A stretch of DNA of 64,000 nt from an uncultured Fibrobacterota bacterium (GTDB lineage: Bacteria > Fibrobacterota > Chitinivibrionia > Chitinivibrionales > FEN-1185), in contig CAVWBU010000032.1 of NCBI GenBank assembly GCA_963753345.1, positions 32,001 through 96,000 of the forward strand, given 5' to 3'. Shown one piece after another: positions 1 through 10,754 of this stretch; within the stretch, counting starts at the first letter, position 1, and each line of letters begins with the position of its first letter. A model generated the notes under the pieces. It had not been told where the DNA came from and made no database searches. It was given only the letters and a program-made list of their open reading frames with translations. The position numbers and the translations under genes were made by a program.

Positions 1-254
1 ACCCCAAGAGCAGGACATGACAGGCAATCGGCACATCGGTCGGGTGGCCGGCCCGCGATTGCAGTAACCGTCTGTAAAGAGCACCGTCAAGGACGAGAGT
101 GACACACTATATGTTGTTTTTGGCCACACACGGCACCTGCGCGGAGCTCCAGAGGTATTTTAGGCTCGCCCATGATCCAACTCCTTGCATTTTCGTCTCA
201 GCCGCACCTATTTTTTGTTAAGAAGATACCGGCAACGTTCTCAGGAAAAGAAGT

Positions 255-977
255 GTGTTAATGATGTATCGGGGATGTGCAACGGCAATTCTCATGCTCT
301 CATGGACCGCTTTCTGCGGCCCGGTCTTCAGCGTGGGGGCGAATGTGGGCGGCACGGCGTCCATGGTGGAAGTCGATAAGGTGCCGCAGGAGATCAGTAT
401 CACGGCGACGAACTGGACAGGATACGTGAGTTTCGGGTTGTTTGGCGAGGTCAAATTGAACGAGTACTTTGGTGCTGGATTGGGGATCTCCTACGAGGGA
501 CGCGGCGGGTCTGTGGACGGGTATTATCCAATTCCGCTTCTGGGTAACCTCACCGGGGAGGAAACGTATGAATACCGATACCTTCAAATTCCGCTCTATC
601 TGAAAGGTACGATTCCCCTCATGATCCCGGGAAGCGTGTTTGTGACGCTCGGGCCGGAGCTTGGCGTGAAGCTCGAATCTCAAAGAACGCTGCATATTGA
701 CAATTGGAACAACCCCAACAATCCAAAAACCGACGACATCGACACGCTTTCGGAGCCGATCGATTGCGGCCTCAGCGCAAGCGTGGGCTACGAGCTTCCA
801 ATCTCATGGTTCGGCGGTCTTCGCGCGTATGTGGGATATTACTACGGCTTTATCGACATTTACGATGACAAATCCGTGACAACCACCGGCAGCAGTCTCG
901 ACTACAACATCTTCAACCGCGCCTTCAAATACGGCCTTTCCTTCTACGTCAATATCAACTCCCCGCGCCGGCGCTAG
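255..977 (+). CDS. Outer-membrane beta-barrel (porin/PorT-like) protein
   Basis: Signal-peptide-like N-terminus, alternating aromatic/Gly beta-strands, 'YRYLQIPLYLK' and 'GPELG' motifs typical of OMP_b-brl_2; real start may be ATG 261 or 264. Confidence 0.7.
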   Translation: MLMMYRGCATAILMLSWTAFCGPVFSVGANVGGTASMVEVDKVPQEISITATNWTGYVSFGLFGEVKLNEYFGAGLGISYEGRGGSVDGYYPIPLLGNLTGEETYEYRYLQIPLYLKGTIPLMIPGSVFVTLGPELGVKLESQRTLHIDNWNNPNNPKTDDIDTLSEPIDCGLSASVGYELPISWFGGLRAYVGYYYGFIDIYDDKSVTTTGSSLDYNIFNRAFKYGLSFYVNINSPRRR

Positions 978-995
978 GCGCTCCCCGGACCACGC

Positions 996-2580
996 ATGGC
1001 ATTTTCCCTGGCCGACTACAGCGACATAACGCCCCTGGGCAAAGGCGGCATGGCGACCGTGTACCGCGCGGTGCAGACGTCTCTGGGCCGGCAGGTGGTA
1101 ATCAAGAAACTGGGCGGGGAGGAGCCACCGGAGCCGGACGTTGCACGGCGGTTCGAAAACGAGGCGCGCGCGGCCGCAGGCGCTCGAGCACGACAACATC
1201 ATCCGCATCTACGACTACGGCGTGGACAACGGCGCGTTCCACATCGTGATGGAGTATGTTGACGGGTGCGACCTCGAGGGGCTGCTTGCGGAGCCGGAGT
1301 TCCCGGTGGACACGGGGCTGATGATCGTGTCCCAGGCGCTTCGGGGCCTGCACTTTTCGCACGGCCGCGGCATCGTGCACCGCGACGTGAAGCCCGCCAA
1401 CATCCTGGTGGCGGCGACCGGCCGCGTCAAGATCGCCGACTTCGGGCTTGCGCTGTCCGATGCGCAGTCGGCGCGCTTTACCCGCACGGGCGCCGTGGTG
1501 GGCACCCCGCATTACATGGCGCCGGAACAGCTCGACCTCGAGCACGTGCGCGACCGCCGCGTCGATGTGTGGGCGGCCGGCGTGGTGCTGTACCGCGTGA
1601 TTGCGGGGCGGCTCCCGTTCGACGGGGATTCGCTCCCGGTCATCGCGTACAACATCGTGCACCGGAAGGAGCGCGACATCGCGCTGTACGGCCGCGGGCT
1701 GCCGCGCGACCTCATCCGCGCAATTGACAAATGCCTTGCAAAGGACCCGGCAAAGCGGCTTCCGTCGCTCGAGCCGCTTATCGGGTCCATCGACGACATG
1801 CTGTATAAAAAAGGCGTGCGCGACCGGGCGGGCGCGATAGCGGCGGTGATTGCGCAGAAGAGCTGCAAGGGGCGCGAGGTGGTGTGGGACGGCAGGTCGG
1901 AAACAAGAATTACGTCCCCGCTGCGCGCCGTGCGACCGGCCGCGGGGAGTGGGAGATTGAAGAATTCGGTTCGGCCGATTCTTGTGGCCGCGGCCGTGCT
2001 GTGCGCTGCGCTGGCGCTCGGCGGAGCACTCTACTTCGGGACAACCCATAACCGCGCCGCACCGGAAGACGGCGCGGAAGCACCGGCCGTGACGCACCCG
2101 GCGCCTTGGCCGAAGCCTGCACCCGCTCCACAAGCGCCGGAATCGCACACTGTCAAGCAGCCGGGCAAGCCTCTTGCGACGCAGCGCGCGATCGCGCACG
2201 CGCCTCGCGCCGTCCCGCACGCCGAGCAGGAAAAGCCCGCGGCTCCCGCCGCCCAGGCCGCGGTCCGCGAAACTGCGGTCGCGGCGCCTGGCAACGGGCC
2301 TGTACCGGACACGCAGCAGGCCGCGCATCCGGCTGCGCCCCTGCCGCAGGCGGGAGCGGCCGTCGGCACGGGTGGTCTGTGCGTTCTGTCGTTTCCCAGG
2401 GCAACCGTGTCCATTGACGGCAGGAGCGCTGGCTCCACGCCCATCGAGACGCCGCTTGACATAGCGGAAGGGAAGCATACGGTGTCGCTTGATGCGCCGG
2501 GGTACGAGACAAAGGAGATACCGGTGAATATAAAGAAGAACAAGGTGGAATGGGTGAAGGCAAGGCTGGAGAAGAAGTAA
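996..2580 (+). CDS. Ser/Thr protein kinase with TM segment and C-terminal PEGA domain (frameshift ~1178)
   Basis: GKGGMATVY..VVIK in ORF 996; HRDVKPAN, DFG, GTPHYMAPE, DVWAAG in ORF 1141; PEGA-like tail (ATVSIDG..GSTP..GKHTVSL..PGY). Confidence 0.88.
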
Positions 2581-2592
2581 TAAAGAAAAGAC

Positions 2593-2622
2593 TTGAAAAT
2601 GGGTAGTAATATTTACTATACT
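2593..2622 (+). promoter_or_regulatory. Sigma70-like promoter of the TA operon with overlapping operator palindrome
   Basis: TTGAAA(2593)-18 bp-TATACT(2617); inverted repeat TAGTAA-TAT-TTACTA at 2604-2618. Confidence 0.6.
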
Positions 2623-2645
2623 TAAGTCGTAGGTACTATAGGAAG

Positions 2646-3023
2646 ATGATGATTGTCTGCTTGAATAGGGTGTTTGCCCGTCTCTTGAAAAAGGCGAGCA
2701 TTGAAAATGACAATATCAACGAAGCCATCAGTGAAATTGTGCAAGGAAATTGCATTCCATTGGGTCATAAGCTTTTCAAGAAGCGAATTGGTTCGCGGTT
2801 TCAGGGGAAGCGGGGTGCGTACCGGAGTATTCTATACTATCGAAACGGTGAGCTCATGGTGTTCGTATATCTGTTTGCCAAAAGTGATCGCGAAAACATA
2901 ACATACAAAGAAATGAAGGAGCTGATACAGCTGGCCCGTCTTTACGACACTCTGGACAGTCGTGCGGTAGAAGCTGCGATCAAAGAACAAAGATTTTGGA
3001 GGTGGCCCCGTGAAAAAGAATAA
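2646..3023 (+). CDS. Type II TA toxin, RelE/HigB family
   Basis: 'LFKKRI..GKRGAYRSI..VYLFAKSDRENIT..E' pattern; overlaps downstream HTH gene. Confidence 0.8.
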   Translation: MMIVCLNRVFARLLKKASIENDNINEAISEIVQGNCIPLGHKLFKKRIGSRFQGKRGAYRSILYYRNGELMVFVYLFAKSDRENITYKEMKELIQLARLYDTLDSRAVEAAIKEQRFWRWPREKE

Positions 3024-3345
3024 CGGAAGAAACAAAAAATGGCCCGCAATAACCGAAGTTGTACGCGAGTCGGTGAAGGATCTGTATGGAATTGTTGACA
3101 TCTCGGAGACAATGAAGAATTTCGACAGGCTCCAATACGAATGCCCGAAGACCTATACACCCGACAGAATTGTGCGTCTCCGGAAGCGCAGGCTTCACAT
3201 GAGTCAGCCTGTTTTCGCCTCTGTCTGCAACATCAAACTGCCAACCCTTCAAAAATGGGAACGCGGTTACTCAAAACCAACGCCGCCGGTGAACCGGCTG
3301 TTTCAGCTCGTGGAAAAAGGTGGGCTTGACCTGATAGCACGATGA
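3010..3345 (+). CDS. XRE-type HTH antitoxin (HigA-like)
   Basis: 'IVRLRK..HMSQPVFA..TLQKWERG..KP' HTH; toxin-first gene order. Confidence 0.8.
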   Translation: MKKNNGRNKKWPAITEVVRESVKDLYGIVDISETMKNFDRLQYECPKTYTPDRIVRLRKRRLHMSQPVFASVCNIKLPTLQKWERGYSKPTPPVNRLFQLVEKGGLDLIAR

Positions 3346-3494
3346 CCGTAACCCCGGCCCCTGGTTTTCTGCCAGAAAACGATTTTTTTCCGATAATCCC
3401 AATTTGCCATATTAAAGAGGTATATTGATGAGGACAGAGGAACCTGGTCCGGTTGCATCCTTACGAACGGCGGCATCAGCAAAGGAGGATGGTT

Positions 3495-4235
3495 ATGCCT
3501 GGGGAAATGCTGGCGCTATGCACACTACTGCTTGTCTCCAGTCTATTTGCTGAGATAACCCATGGAACCGTCACCATGCCCACCACAAAATCGGGATTTA
3601 TCATAAGCAAAGATTCGTTGATAACCTCATTCCCTTCACTATCTCCGCCGGTGGATGTACTCATTCAAATCGGAGGCTGTACGCTTTCGTGCCCGGGGAC
3701 ATGTTCCTACGGTATTTCGGGATGCAACGGCATATGGGAATTTCAGGTCCCGCTTGATTCGATAGATTTTAATAATACCATCGATACGTTAAATGCAGCC
3801 GTCATAAAGAGAAGAGACCCGGGAATTTCGATCATAGCGCAATACCTTTACGGAAAGGAATCGAACCCGAACATTTCCTTCATGGTGAGGGATTGCCTCG
3901 GCAACTTCGCGGTTTTTCAAGTTGTATCGGTTGAAACAAAACCGCAAGTCCCTGCCGGTCAGGAATGCTTTGGCTATGAAGTATTGACCATCACTGCAAA
4001 TTGGGTTTATCAATCGGATGGCAGCTTGAGGTTCCAGCCGCCCACTGCCGTTGCACAAAATCCGGCCTGCAGGGCCTTGAACATGTCACGCAAGGGGGGC
4101 TTTGAAATAGTTCCGTCGATGTTCGCCAAGGCGAACAGGCCCGCCTATGATATTATGGGACGCCCTGTAAAACCATCAAATGTCAAGTCGGCTTCCATGG
4201 TCATTCAGGAGAGAAACATACCTGTCGGCAAGTGA
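3495..4235 (+). CDS. Secreted Cys-containing hypothetical protein with short 'YDIMGR' C-terminal tail
   Basis: AGGAGG RBS, hydrophobic signal peptide, open frame; lower GC than neighbours. Confidence 0.6.
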   Translation: MPGEMLALCTLLLVSSLFAEITHGTVTMPTTKSGFIISKDSLITSFPSLSPPVDVLIQIGGCTLSCPGTCSYGISGCNGIWEFQVPLDSIDFNNTIDTLNAAVIKRRDPGISIIAQYLYGKESNPNISFMVRDCLGNFAVFQVVSVETKPQVPAGQECFGYEVLTITANWVYQSDGSLRFQPPTAVAQNPACRALNMSRKGGFEIVPSMFAKANRPAYDIMGRPVKPSNVKSASMVIQERNIPVGK

Positions 4236-4293
4236 GGGAGGGCTTTTCTCGGGACATAGTTGGCAGGGACTCACTCAATACCGGCGTGGTCCC

Positions 4294-4353
4294 TCTGCTG
4301 GCGCGCCAGGCAGTACCGGAGGGTGAGCCGCCGCAAAGTGGCGGGGCGCCCAA
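4294..4353 (+). repeat. Minimal (internally deleted) module B
   Basis: CTGCTGGCGCGCCAGGCAGTACCGGAGGGTGAGCCGCCGCAAAGTGGCGGGGCGCCCAA keeps both ends of module B (compare 39876-40021). Confidence 0.7.
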
Positions 4354-4577
4354 GACTAGACAGTTATATAAATATGCGCTTTTCCCCCTTTTCTTTAATA
4401 TATTAATGGCTGGAGGGGGGACTTTTCGAAACGGGCAAAGGCGCGCCCGACACCATTCTTTAATTTTTTCCCCCGCTTCAGTTCAATAGATCGACAGACC
4501 GTGCGCAGAGCTCGTACCGGGCGGGTCATTTTGAACTTGCAATTAAACGATTAATGAGGACGCAAGGAGGGGGAATC

Positions 4578-7361
4578 ATGGTGGTGAAAAGATTGATGAT
4601 CGCGGCGTTGTTGGGCGCAATGGTTGCGGCTATCGCAGGATATGCGGAAACATTTGTCTTGGACCCGTCAATAAGGCCGAGGATAAACCTGGGTTCAACG
4701 CCGTGGAAATTCACCAGGGGCGATCCTATCGGCGCGTCAACCGTTGCCTTCAGCGACGCGGCCTGGGGGACCGTGGGGATTCCGCACACGTGGGGCGACA
4801 CGCTTTCCTTCCTGAACATGGGCGCGGGCGGACCGGGCAATGGATACGATGCGAGCACCTGGTACAGAAACCATTTCACGCTCGACAACGCCTATGCGGG
4901 CAAGAAAATTTTCGTCGAATTCAGGGGCGCGGGAATCGGCGCCGCGGTGTATATCAACGGCACCTTCATTCCGGGCAACAGCGCGTACAACCCGAGCGCC
5001 ACGCACGTGATCGCCTTTATTCCCTTTATCGTGGACATCACACCGTATGTCAAGTTCGGCGGAACCGACAATGTTCTGGCGGTCAAGGTGAGCAGCACCG
5101 GCGGGATCTACAACGACCCGGGCTTTGCGGAGGCCTTCAAGTACGGCATGGAATGTGTGGGGCTTTTTAGGCCCGTGTACATGCATATCTGCAACAAGGT
5201 CTATATTCCCGCCAATGTGTACTCGGTCGTCAACAACTGGGGCACGTATGTGGGCGCCGTTTCCGCCACCGACGCGTCGGCCGACGTGCGCATTCTCACC
5301 CACGTGAGGAACGAAAGCGGCGCTGCGGCGAACGTGACCCTCACCACCAAGATCGTGGACGCAACGCACACGGTGGTGTGGACCGAGGACAAAACGCAGT
5401 CCATTCCCACCGATTCGGCCTTTGTGTTCGACCAGACCGCCACGGTTGCCAATCCCACGCTCTGGTATCCCGCGAACAGCCCGTACGGCAAGCCGTACCT
5501 GTACAGGGTGTACCATATTGTCAAGGTAGGAACCGCGACGGTGGACGTTTTCGAGACCCCGCTCGGCATCCGGGTGATCACCTGGAGCGCCGATTTTCCC
5601 GTTATCAACGGCCACCCGCATTACCTGTGGGGCGGCGCCTCGCGGTACGACTACCCGGCGCTGGGCAGCGCCCAGACCGAGGAACAGCAGTGGCGCGACG
5701 CGAAACTGATGGCCGACTGCGGCGGCAGCCTCTGGCGGCCGGGGCACGCCACGGCCAGCGGCGAATTTACCGAGGCATGCGACCAGTTCGGCGTCATGAT
5801 CATGCAGCCCAGCGGCGACATCGAGGGCACCCTCAACAACCCGTCGGCCTACCAGTACGGACTCAAGAAAGAGCTCCACAGGGACATGGTGATCCGCGAC
5901 AGGAACAATCCTTCGATTCTCGGGTGGGAAGTGAGCAACGGCCCCATCAGCGCGGCGCTGGAGACCGACATCCGGCAAACCGTCGACAGCGTATGGGACC
6001 CCGTCCATACCCGGGCGATGTCCGACCGGGGATACTGGAACGCCATACCGCAGTTCACCGCCGGGATCGTGAGCACCATTTCCTGTTCGTACACCGGGTG
6101 CGAGATCGCGTTTCATCAGCAGTATCCCGCCATACCGTCGTGGGGCGCGGAATCGTGGAGCGGCAGCAGGGGATTCCGGTTCGATTACGACAACGAATTG
6201 ACTTATGCAAATGAATATATCCAGAACTGGAAGAACAGCAAGAAGGGGAAATGTTTCGGTCTCACCCAGTGGTACATGGCCGAAACGCCGGGCGAAGACG
6301 GCGTGGGCAGGTCGTTCGGCACCTCGATGATGGACTGGAACCGAATCCCTAAAATGCTGTATTACATCTACCAAGCGTGCTGGATGAATTATTCCGTGAA
6401 GCCCGTGGTAAGGCTCGCGCATCACTGGAACCGCGCAGGCAACATAACCGAGAACGCATTTTCAAACTGCCCCTCGGTGCGGCTGCTCATCAACGGGACC
6501 AAGCAGGGCAACGATCAAATACCCTATCCGGACACGGGCAACGGCACCGCGCTGATGCCCAGACAATGCCAGTGGAATGTGACGTGGGCCACGGGAACGG
6601 TGACGGCCGAAGGACTTGACGCAAACGGAAACGTGGTGTGCACCGACCAGAAGGTGACCGCCGGCGCGCCCGCGTGCGTTGCGCTCACCGTTGCTTCTCC
6701 CATTGTAAAGCCGTGCGACGGCGACACCTTTAAAATCTATGCAAACGGCTCCGACGCGGCCTTTATCCTCGCCACGATTGTCGACGCGCAGGGCAACTGG
6801 TGTCCCACGTCCACCCCCAATGTAACGTTCAGCGTGTCCGGGCCCGGCAATTACCGCGGCGGCGCGGACAACAACACTTCGGGCGCCGGCGGTCAGTTCT
6901 ACCATTCGCCCGGCGACCACGAGCTCACCGCCGAAGGCGGCATGTGCAAGGTCGCGGTGCGGTCGACGTTTACCGCTGGAACAGTTACCGTGAACGCCAA
7001 TTCGCCCGGGTTGTGCCAGGGCACCGCAACGTTTACCACGCTCCCTGTTCCGCCGCCTCCGCCCGTTGCAGTGCTTGGCCCGAAATTTATTCAAAGAAGT
7101 GCAGCGGCGAGCGTGCAGATGCGGATGATAGGCCGCACCCTGCGCTATTTCCTCAACGTGCCCGCAACGGTGTCGTTCGATATTCTCGACGCGGGCGGCA
7201 GGGTGGTGCGGCATGTCGCGCGTTTCAGGCAGACCGAAGGCTGGCACCCGCTGATGCTTGGTGATGGGACGAGCGGCGCCAGCGGCGACGGTGTTTATTT
7301 TGTACGGTGCAGTGTGGATCAGGGGAGCTCATTTGTAAAGAGGGTAATAGTTCTCAAGTAA
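4578..7361 (+). CDS. Secreted glycoside hydrolase family 2 protein (copy 1) with DUF4982-like/Ig domains and C-terminal sorting-like tail
   Basis: GH2 motifs (VGIPHTW, WYRNHF, GLFRPV, TPLGIR, RDRNNPSILGW, DWNRIPK, HHWN, FSNCPSVRL); signal peptide; GGAGG RBS. Confidence 0.88.
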   Translation: MVVKRLMIAALLGAMVAAIAGYAETFVLDPSIRPRINLGSTPWKFTRGDPIGASTVAFSDAAWGTVGIPHTWGDTLSFLNMGAGGPGNGYDASTWYRNHFTLDNAYAGKKIFVEFRGAGIGAAVYINGTFIPGNSAYNPSATHVIAFIPFIVDITPYVKFGGTDNVLAVKVSSTGGIYNDPGFAEAFKYGMECVGLFRPVYMHICNKVYIPANVYSVVNNWGTYVGAVSATDASADVRILTHVRNESGAAANVTLTTKIVDATHTVVWTEDKTQSIPTDSAFVFDQTATVANPTLWYPANSPYGKPYLYRVYHIVKVGTATVDVFETPLGIRVITWSADFPVINGHPHYLWGGASRYDYPALGSAQTEEQQWRDAKLMADCGGSLWRPGHATASGEFTEACDQFGVMIMQPSGDIEGTLNNPSAYQYGLKKELHRDMVIRDRNNPSILGWEVSNGPISAALETDIRQTVDSVWDPVHTRAMSDRGYWNAIPQFTAGIVSTISCSYTGCEIAFHQQYPAIPSWGAESWSGSRGFRFDYDNELTYANEYIQNWKNSKKGKCFGLTQWYMAETPGEDGVGRSFGTSMMDWNRIPKMLYYIYQACWMNYSVKPVVRLAHHWNRAGNITENAFSNCPSVRLLINGTKQGNDQIPYPDTGNGTALMPRQCQWNVTWATGTVTAEGLDANGNVVCTDQKVTAGAPACVALTVASPIVKPCDGDTFKIYANGSDAAFILATIVDAQGNWCPTSTPNVTFSVSGPGNYRGGADNNTSGAGGQFYHSPGDHELTAEGGMCKVAVRSTFTAGTVTVNANSPGLCQGTATFTTLPVPPPPPVAVLGPKFIQRSAAASVQMRMIGRTLRYFLNVPATVSFDILDAGGRVVRHVARFRQTEGWHPLMLGDGTSGASGDGVYFVRCSVDQGSSFVKRVIVLK

Positions 7362-7372
7362 TCAAAGTTCGC

Positions 7373-7881
7373 TTGGGGGGGGAAGGCTCCCCCTCGCTCC
7401 GGCCCGGCATGCGCGCTCAAATTTCTGCTCGCTGATTATCGCATGCCGGTCCTCCGCTACCCCCTCGTGGGTGGCCCCCAAGGGAGTTGATTTGCAAGAA
7501 AGAAACATTTGCTGCGGGGGCGCCGAGAAAGAGCGTTGAAAAGTTGAAACGTAGAATTGTTGAATAGTCAAGGCCGGAAAACTGAAAAGCAAAAAAGCAA
7601 AGTGTCATTGCGAGCAAAGCGAAGCAATCACCCGAAGCAATAGTCAGCGGTAGTTGTTTTGAGGATTCGGATTGGCGCGAAAAGAAGTAATTGACTGAAG
7701 AGAATTCCGTTGCCGCGCGTTAGGTGGACCGGAGGGTGAGCCAGAGCGAATTGCCGACTGATCCCTAGCCGAAGGCGGTAGGGACAGGCGGCAACGAGGC
7801 CGGAGGCCGACGACCCTTGGAAGCACCCGAAGGGGTGGACCGAAGGGAGACCGGCCCGAGCGTAGCGAGGGAAACGCCCAA
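7373..7881 (+). repeat. Bipartite structured repeat, A+B composite
   Basis: A: GGGGGAAG..CCCCCT..CCGCTACCCCCTCGTGGGTGGCCCCC..TTGCAAGAAAG..GCTGCGGGGGC; B: TTGAC..TGCCGCGCGTTAGG..GGGAAACGCCCAA. Confidence 0.9.
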
Positions 7882-7936
7882 TTTCTTGCTATCTATGGGA
7901 AAATTATTATAACACAAAAAGGGGGGAGAGGCAAGC

Positions 7937-10736
7937 ATGACTCACAAAACAATTCTTTCAGCTGCCATTTGTATTGCGCTGGCGGCCTCATTTTGTCGGG
8001 CCGAAACCTATTCGCCCGATCCGTCGATCCGGCTCAAGATCAACCTGGGCGCGACGCCGTGGAAGTTCAACATCGGCGACCCCGTGGGAGCCTCCACCGT
8101 CGCTTTCAGCGACGCGGCGTGGACCACCGTTGGCATCCCGTACACATGGGCCGACATGCAGTCGTTTCTCAACATGGCCTCGGGCGGGCCGGGCAACGGC
8201 ATAGGCGCAATCGTCTGGTACCGGAAGCACTTCACCCTTGACAATGCGTATTCCTCGCGGAAGATTTTCGTCGAATTCGAGGGCGCGCATATCGGCGCGC
8301 AGGTGTGGATCAACGGCACCATGATAAAAACCAACAGCGCATTCAATCCGCAGGCCACCCACGTGATCGGGTTTGAACCCTTTATCGTGGACATCACGCC
8401 CAATGCGGTTCTCGGGGGAGGGGACAACGTTCTGGCGGTCAAGGTGAGCAACGTCGAGGGCTTCTACACGTACCCCCATTTTTCGTGCGAATTCAAGTAC
8501 GGCATGGGTGACGGCGGTCTGTTCAGGCCGGTGTGGATGCACGTCACCAATAAAGTTTATGTGCCGAACAACGTGTACTCGGTTGTCAACAACTGGGGCA
8601 CGTATGTCGCGGCAATCACCGCCACCGACGCCTCGGCGGACGTGAAGATTCTTACGCATGTCCAGAACGCAAGCGGCGCCGCTGCCACCGTCACCCTCAC
8701 CACAAAGATCGTGGAGGCCGCCACCGGCATCGTGGCATGGAGCGGGGACATGACGCAGGCGATAAGCGCGGACAGCAGTTTTGTTTTCGACCAGACCGCC
8801 ACCGTGCTCAATCCCAAGCTGTGGTATCCCGCCGCCAGTCCCTGGGGCAAGCCCAACATGTACCGGGTTTACCATATTGTCAAGATCGGCGCAACGACGG
8901 TTGACATTTTTGAAAGCCCGCTCGGTATACGGGTGATAACCTGGAACAACGATTGCCCTGTTATCAACGGCCACCCGCATTACGCGCCGGGCGGCGCCTC
9001 GCGGTACGATTATCCCGCGCTCGGCTCGGCCGTGCCCGAAGAAGTGCAATGGCGCGACGCGAAACTGATGGCCGACTGCGGGGGCAGCCTCTGGAGGCCG
9101 GGACATGCCACAAGCAGTTCCGAATTCGTGGCAGCGTGCGATGCGTACGGCGTCATGCTGATGCAGCCCAGCGGCGACATCGAGGGAAGTTTCATGACAT
9201 CCCAGATAGCGCCGTGGACCGCAAACTACAATGCCGGACTCAAGTACGAAACCCACAGGGACATGCTCATACGGGACAGGAACAATCCTTCGATACTTGC
9301 ATGGGAAGTGAGCAACGGCCCCATCGATATCGATTTTGCAAAAGCAATTCGTTCACAGTTGGACAGCGTATGGGACCCGGTTCACACCCGCGCCAGCTCC
9401 GATCGGGGCTACTGGCCCGACGTTCCCAATGTGCAAGCCGGCGCCACCAGCATCATTTCCTGCTCGGGCGCAGGCTGCGCCACGCCGTTCCATCAACAAT
9501 ATCCCACCATACCTACCTGGGGCGCCGAGGAATGGGGCGCAGGCACGGACTTCAGGTTCGACTACGATGGCGAGCTCGCCTTCGCGAACGGGTATGTGAA
9601 TAACTGGAGAACCATGACGAAGGCTCATGTCTTCGGCTATACCCAGTGGTACATGGCCGAAACGCCGGGAGAAAACGGCATCGGCCGGTCGTTCGGCTGC
9701 GCAATGATGGACTGGAACCGCCTTCCCAAAATGCTGTACAAGATCTTTCAGGCGTGCTGGAACAATTATTCGGTGAAGCCTGTTGTCAACCTTGCGAACC
9801 ACTGGAACCGCGGGGGCGCGGTGACGGTAAACGCGTTTTCCAACTGTCCGAGCGTCCGGCTCAGCATCAACGGCGTCAGCCAGGGGACCCAAACGCCGTA
9901 TCCGGACACGGTGGGCACCGCGCTGCTTCCCGGCCAGTGCCAGTGGAACGTGAACTGGGCATCGGGAACGCTCCTGGCCGAGGGACTTGACGCCAGCGGA
10001 ACCGTGGTCTGTTCCGACCAGAAGAAAACCGCGGGCGCGCCCGCGTGCGTCGCGCTGACCGTTTTGCCGCCGATTGTCCGGCCCGACAACGGCGACACGT
10101 TCAAAATCTACGCCAACGGTTCCGATGCGGCCATTTTCCAGGCCACCATTGTCGACGCTCAGGGAAACTGGTGCCCAACGTCAAGCCCCAACGTTACCTT
10201 TGCCGCTTACCACTCCCACGACCGGCAATTACCGGGGCGGCGCGGACAACAATATTTACAACGGGACGCCTTCCCATTCGCCCGGCGATTACGAATTGGC
10301 GGCTGAGGGAGGCATGTGCAAGGTGGCGGTGCGCTCGACATTCACCCCGGGAACGGTCACCGTGACCGCCAATTCACCCGGGTTGTGCCAGGGCACCGCT
10401 TCGGTCACCACGGTTGCGATGCCGCCGATTCCATCGGTTTCGGTGCAGGTCCCCGTGTGCGGTCAGAAGGTCTGTGCCGCTGCAACGGTGCAGATGCGGA
10501 TGATAGGCCGCACGCTGCGGTATTTCCTCAACGTGCCCGCCATGGTGACGTTCGACATTCTCGACGCGGGCGGCAGGGTGGTTCGTCATGTCGCGCGTTT
10601 CAGGCAGACGGAAGGCTGGCACCCGCTGATCCTTGGTGATGGGACGAGCGGCGCCGGCGGCGACGGTGTTTACTTTGTACGGTGCAGTGTGGATCAGGGG
10701 AGCAGTTTTGTGAAGAGGGTGATAGTGTTGAAATAA
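7937..10736 (+). CDS. Secreted GH2 protein (copy 2), frameshift ~10205-10225
   Basis: Colinear paralog of 4578-7361; ORF 7937-10306 continues in ORF 10074-10736 at GNYRGGADNN. Confidence 0.87.
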
Positions 10737-10754
10737 TAAGCGAGAATAGGATTT

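Noticed and set aside
7691..7720. Conserved TTGAC before module B as a sigma70 promoter
   Set aside because: The position 16-18 bp downstream is GC-rich (CGCGCG), not a -10 box; it could still be a protein-binding site.
7691..7881. Module B as group II intron remnant or tRNA
   Set aside because: No GUGCG 5' end, no domain V AGC/GNRA helix with domain VI, no cloverleaf with TTC loop recognised.
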